Under the pieces are notes generated by a model. That model was not told the origin of the DNA. It did no database searches and was given only the letters and a program-made list of their open reading frames with translations. 49,647 bases of DNA from Chiloscyllium plagiosum (Eukaryota): assembly GCF_004010195.1 (NCBI RefSeq), contig NC_057719.1, positions 91,396,767-91,446,413 of the forward strand, read 5' to 3'. Below are positions 46,960 to 49,647 of this stretch, piece after piece. Position 1 is the first letter of the stretch; each line of letters starts with the position of its first letter. The position numbers and the translations under genes are program-made.

Positions 46960-49026
46960 AAAGATGGTGTCCCAGTTACAGTATGTGGGAGTTCCTGGAT
47001 GTCAATTCGGCCTAGAACAAACACATCTGTGGCAAGTGTTTGAAGTTTGAGCAACTTTGGCTCAGATTTTCTGAACTGGAGATGAAGCTACTGCAAAACA
47101 TCAGGGAGGTGGGAGGTTACCTGGATCCTTTACACCAGGAGGCAGGCACAGCATCTAGGATTTGGTCACCTGATTTGGCCAGTAATCAGAGAGTATAGCT
47201 GTGAGACAGTTAAGGGGACCTGGAGGACCAGGCAGAGGAGCCACAATCTTTACAATTCGCTGACAGATTTGAGGTTCTTTCAACTTGTGTGGGTGAGAGT
47301 GAGGTAAATGACCATGGCCATTAATATGCGGGAGTAAGAAGGAACTTATGGGATAATATAGTGAGGGGGATTGACATCATACTCTATTGCAAAGGGTGTG
47401 AGCCCAGACTGCACTCCTGCCCAGGTCTGAAATGGAACTTGAAATTGGAGGGGGAGCATCCAGTTATTGTGGTACATGTAGGTACTGATGACAACAGCAG
47501 GACAAAAAAGAGTTTCTGCATTGTCAGCATGAGTTTCTGCATTGTCACCATATAAAAAGTAAAACCTCAAAGGGCATAATCTCTGCATAATTACCTGAGC
47601 CTCATGCAAATTGGCATAGAGCAAATCAGATTAGAGAGATTAATGTGTGGCTGAAATACTGATGTGGGTTCCAGATCCTGGGACACTAGCGCCTCGACTA
47701 GGAAAAGTGGGATCTGTATTACTGAATTGTGCTGGGACCAGTGTTCTTGTGAACTGCACCAACTAGGGAGGTAAAGAGGATTTTAAAATTAAATATTGGG
47801 AACAAGGGATGAAATTTGTCAGGATTTGGTAAGAGTAGAGTGGAGTAGAGTAGAGTTAAGGCAAAGAGAAAGAGATTAATATGGGAAATTATCATTATAT
47901 TGTGATAGGAAGATGCAGAGTACAAATCAGCAGATAAGACTAGAATTTATGAAAAGAATAAAGTTTTTGTATCTGAATGCACGTAGCCTTCAAAACAAAA
48001 CAGATGAACCAAGACCATAAATAGAAATGAGTAAGTACAATCTGGTATCCAATAAAGAGGCATATCTATAGGATGACAATATTTGGGAGCTAAGTCTAGA
48101 AGGTAACAGGACACTTAGGAAGGACAAAAATGTAGGAAAAGGTAGCTTTGTTAGTTCATAAATGTATTACGCAATAGAGAAGGATGACCAAGGTTCAGGA
48201 AACCAAGATATAGAAACAGTTTGGGCAGGAATGAAAAATTATAAAAGCATTAGGGGTGGCATGGCTGCTCAGTGGTTAGCACTGCTGCCTCACAGCACCA
48301 GGGACATGGGTTTGATTCTGTCCTTGGGTCACTGTCTGTGTGGAGTTTGCACGTTCTCCCTGTGTCTACAAGGTATCTCTGGTTTCCTTCCATAGCCCGA
48401 AGATGTGCAGATTAGGTGGATCAGCCATGCTCATTGCCCATAGTGACCAGAAATGTGCAGGCTAAGTGGATTAGCCATGGGATAGGCAGGATTACAGGCA
48501 CAGAGCAGGGGGGATGAGTCTGGGTAGGACGCTCTTTGGAGGGTTGGTGTGGTCCTGCTTTCACGCTGTAGGGATTCTATGAAGAAGTCAACGTGGGAGT
48601 GATGTACAGGTCCCCTAACAGTAACCACAAGGTAGGGTGAAGAGTAAGGAAAAAATAATGAGAGTTTGTCAAAAAGGCATGGTGATAATCATTGGATATT
48701 TTAATCTACATATTGCTGGAGTAGGCAGCATAGCTGAGGAGCTTAGTGAATATTTTCAATGCTTCCTTAGAAAAGCATGTTTTAGAGCTGATCAGAAAGC
48801 AGGCTATACTCGACCTAGGTTTGTGCAATGAGATAGGATTAATAAATGATTTCCTAGTGAGGGTGCTCTTTGGAAGCAGCAACCACAATATGATTGAATT
48901 TTACCTTTAGTTTGAGGGACTGAAAATCCACATTTAAAAATTCTAAATAAGGAGAATTATGAGGGCATGAAAACACAGTTGGTTAAAATGAATTGCCAAA
49001 TTAGTTTAAATTATAGTCAATAGAGA
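46960..49026 (+). mobile_element. Old CR1 with ORF1 (Zn-finger/coiled-coil + SGNH) and ORF2 start
   Basis: SMWEF..HICGKCLKFEQLWLRFSELE; PVIVVHVGTDD; YLNARSLQNKTDE; SNHNMIEF. Confidence 0.7.
48253..48580 (+). mobile_element. V-SINE inserted in old CR1
   Basis: tggctgctcagtggttagcactgctgcctcacagc head, V domain, tail ctgtagggattctat. Confidence 0.8.
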
Positions 49027-49647
49027 TTTTCTGATTCAGTATGTGGATGTACCTACTAGAGAAGGTGCAAAACTTAACCTACTCTTGGGAAATAAGGCAG
49101 AGCAGGTGACTGAGGTGTCAGTGGGGGAGCACTTTGGGGCCAGCGACCATAATTCTATTCGTTTTAAAATAGTGATGGAAAAGGAAAGACCAGATCTAAA
49201 AGTCAAAGTTCTAAATTGGAGAAAGGCCAATTTTGACGGTATTAGGCAAGAACTTTCGAAAGCTGATTGGAGGCAGATGTTTGCAGGTAAAGGGACAGCT
49301 GGAAAATGGGAAGCCTTCAGAAATGAGATAATAAGGATCCAGAGAAAGTAAATTCCTGTCAGGGTGAAAGGAAAGGCTGGTAGGTGTAGGGAATGCTGGA
49401 TGACTAAAGAAATTGAGGGTTTGGTTAAGAAAAAGAAGGATGCATATGTCAGGTATAGACAGGATAGATCGAGTGAATCCTTAGAAGAGTATAAAGAAAG
49501 CAGGAGTATATTTAAGAGGGAAATCAGGAGGGCAAAACGGGGACATGAGATAGCTTTGGCAAATAGAATTAAGGAGAATCCAAAGGGTTTTTACAAATAT
49601 ATTAAGGACAAAAGGGTAACTAGGGAGAGAATAGGACCCCTCAAAGA
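49027..49647 (+). mobile_element. CR1 ORF2 (same subfamily as 710-4178), runs off the window end
   Basis: Colinear with about 1880-2495; EHFGASDHNSIRFKI. Confidence 0.9.

Overview
Eukaryotic, almost entirely repeat-derived DNA with two N gaps (6826-7786, 22938-23763). The repeat repertoire (CR1 LINEs with SGNH-esterase ORF1, HE1-like V-SINEs sharing CR1 tails, Penelope-like elements) suggests a cartilaginous fish such as a shark; this is an inference. I found no intact host gene. The window is a stack of nested retroelements: many CR1 copies of different ages, an L2/CR1-type LINE, tRNA-derived SINEs, Penelope fragments carrying minimal hammerhead-ribozyme motifs, a decayed full-length Gypsy (Mag/K02A2.6-like) element at 29017-37186 (-) and a solo LTR. 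Two observations stand out. (1) Three Tx1-clade non-LTR 3' fragments sit at the same position in both LTRs of the Gypsy element, each with a different piece of LTR-like sequence downstream of its own A-rich tail. This suggests a site-specific retrotransposon that targets Gypsy LTRs. (2) A very old gag zinc-knuckle plus protease remnant (5671-6150) is followed not by RT but by fragmented Cys- and sequon-rich sequence that may be a captured envelope gene. All family assignments come from motif reading by eye, without database searches. Boundaries of old repeats are approximate.
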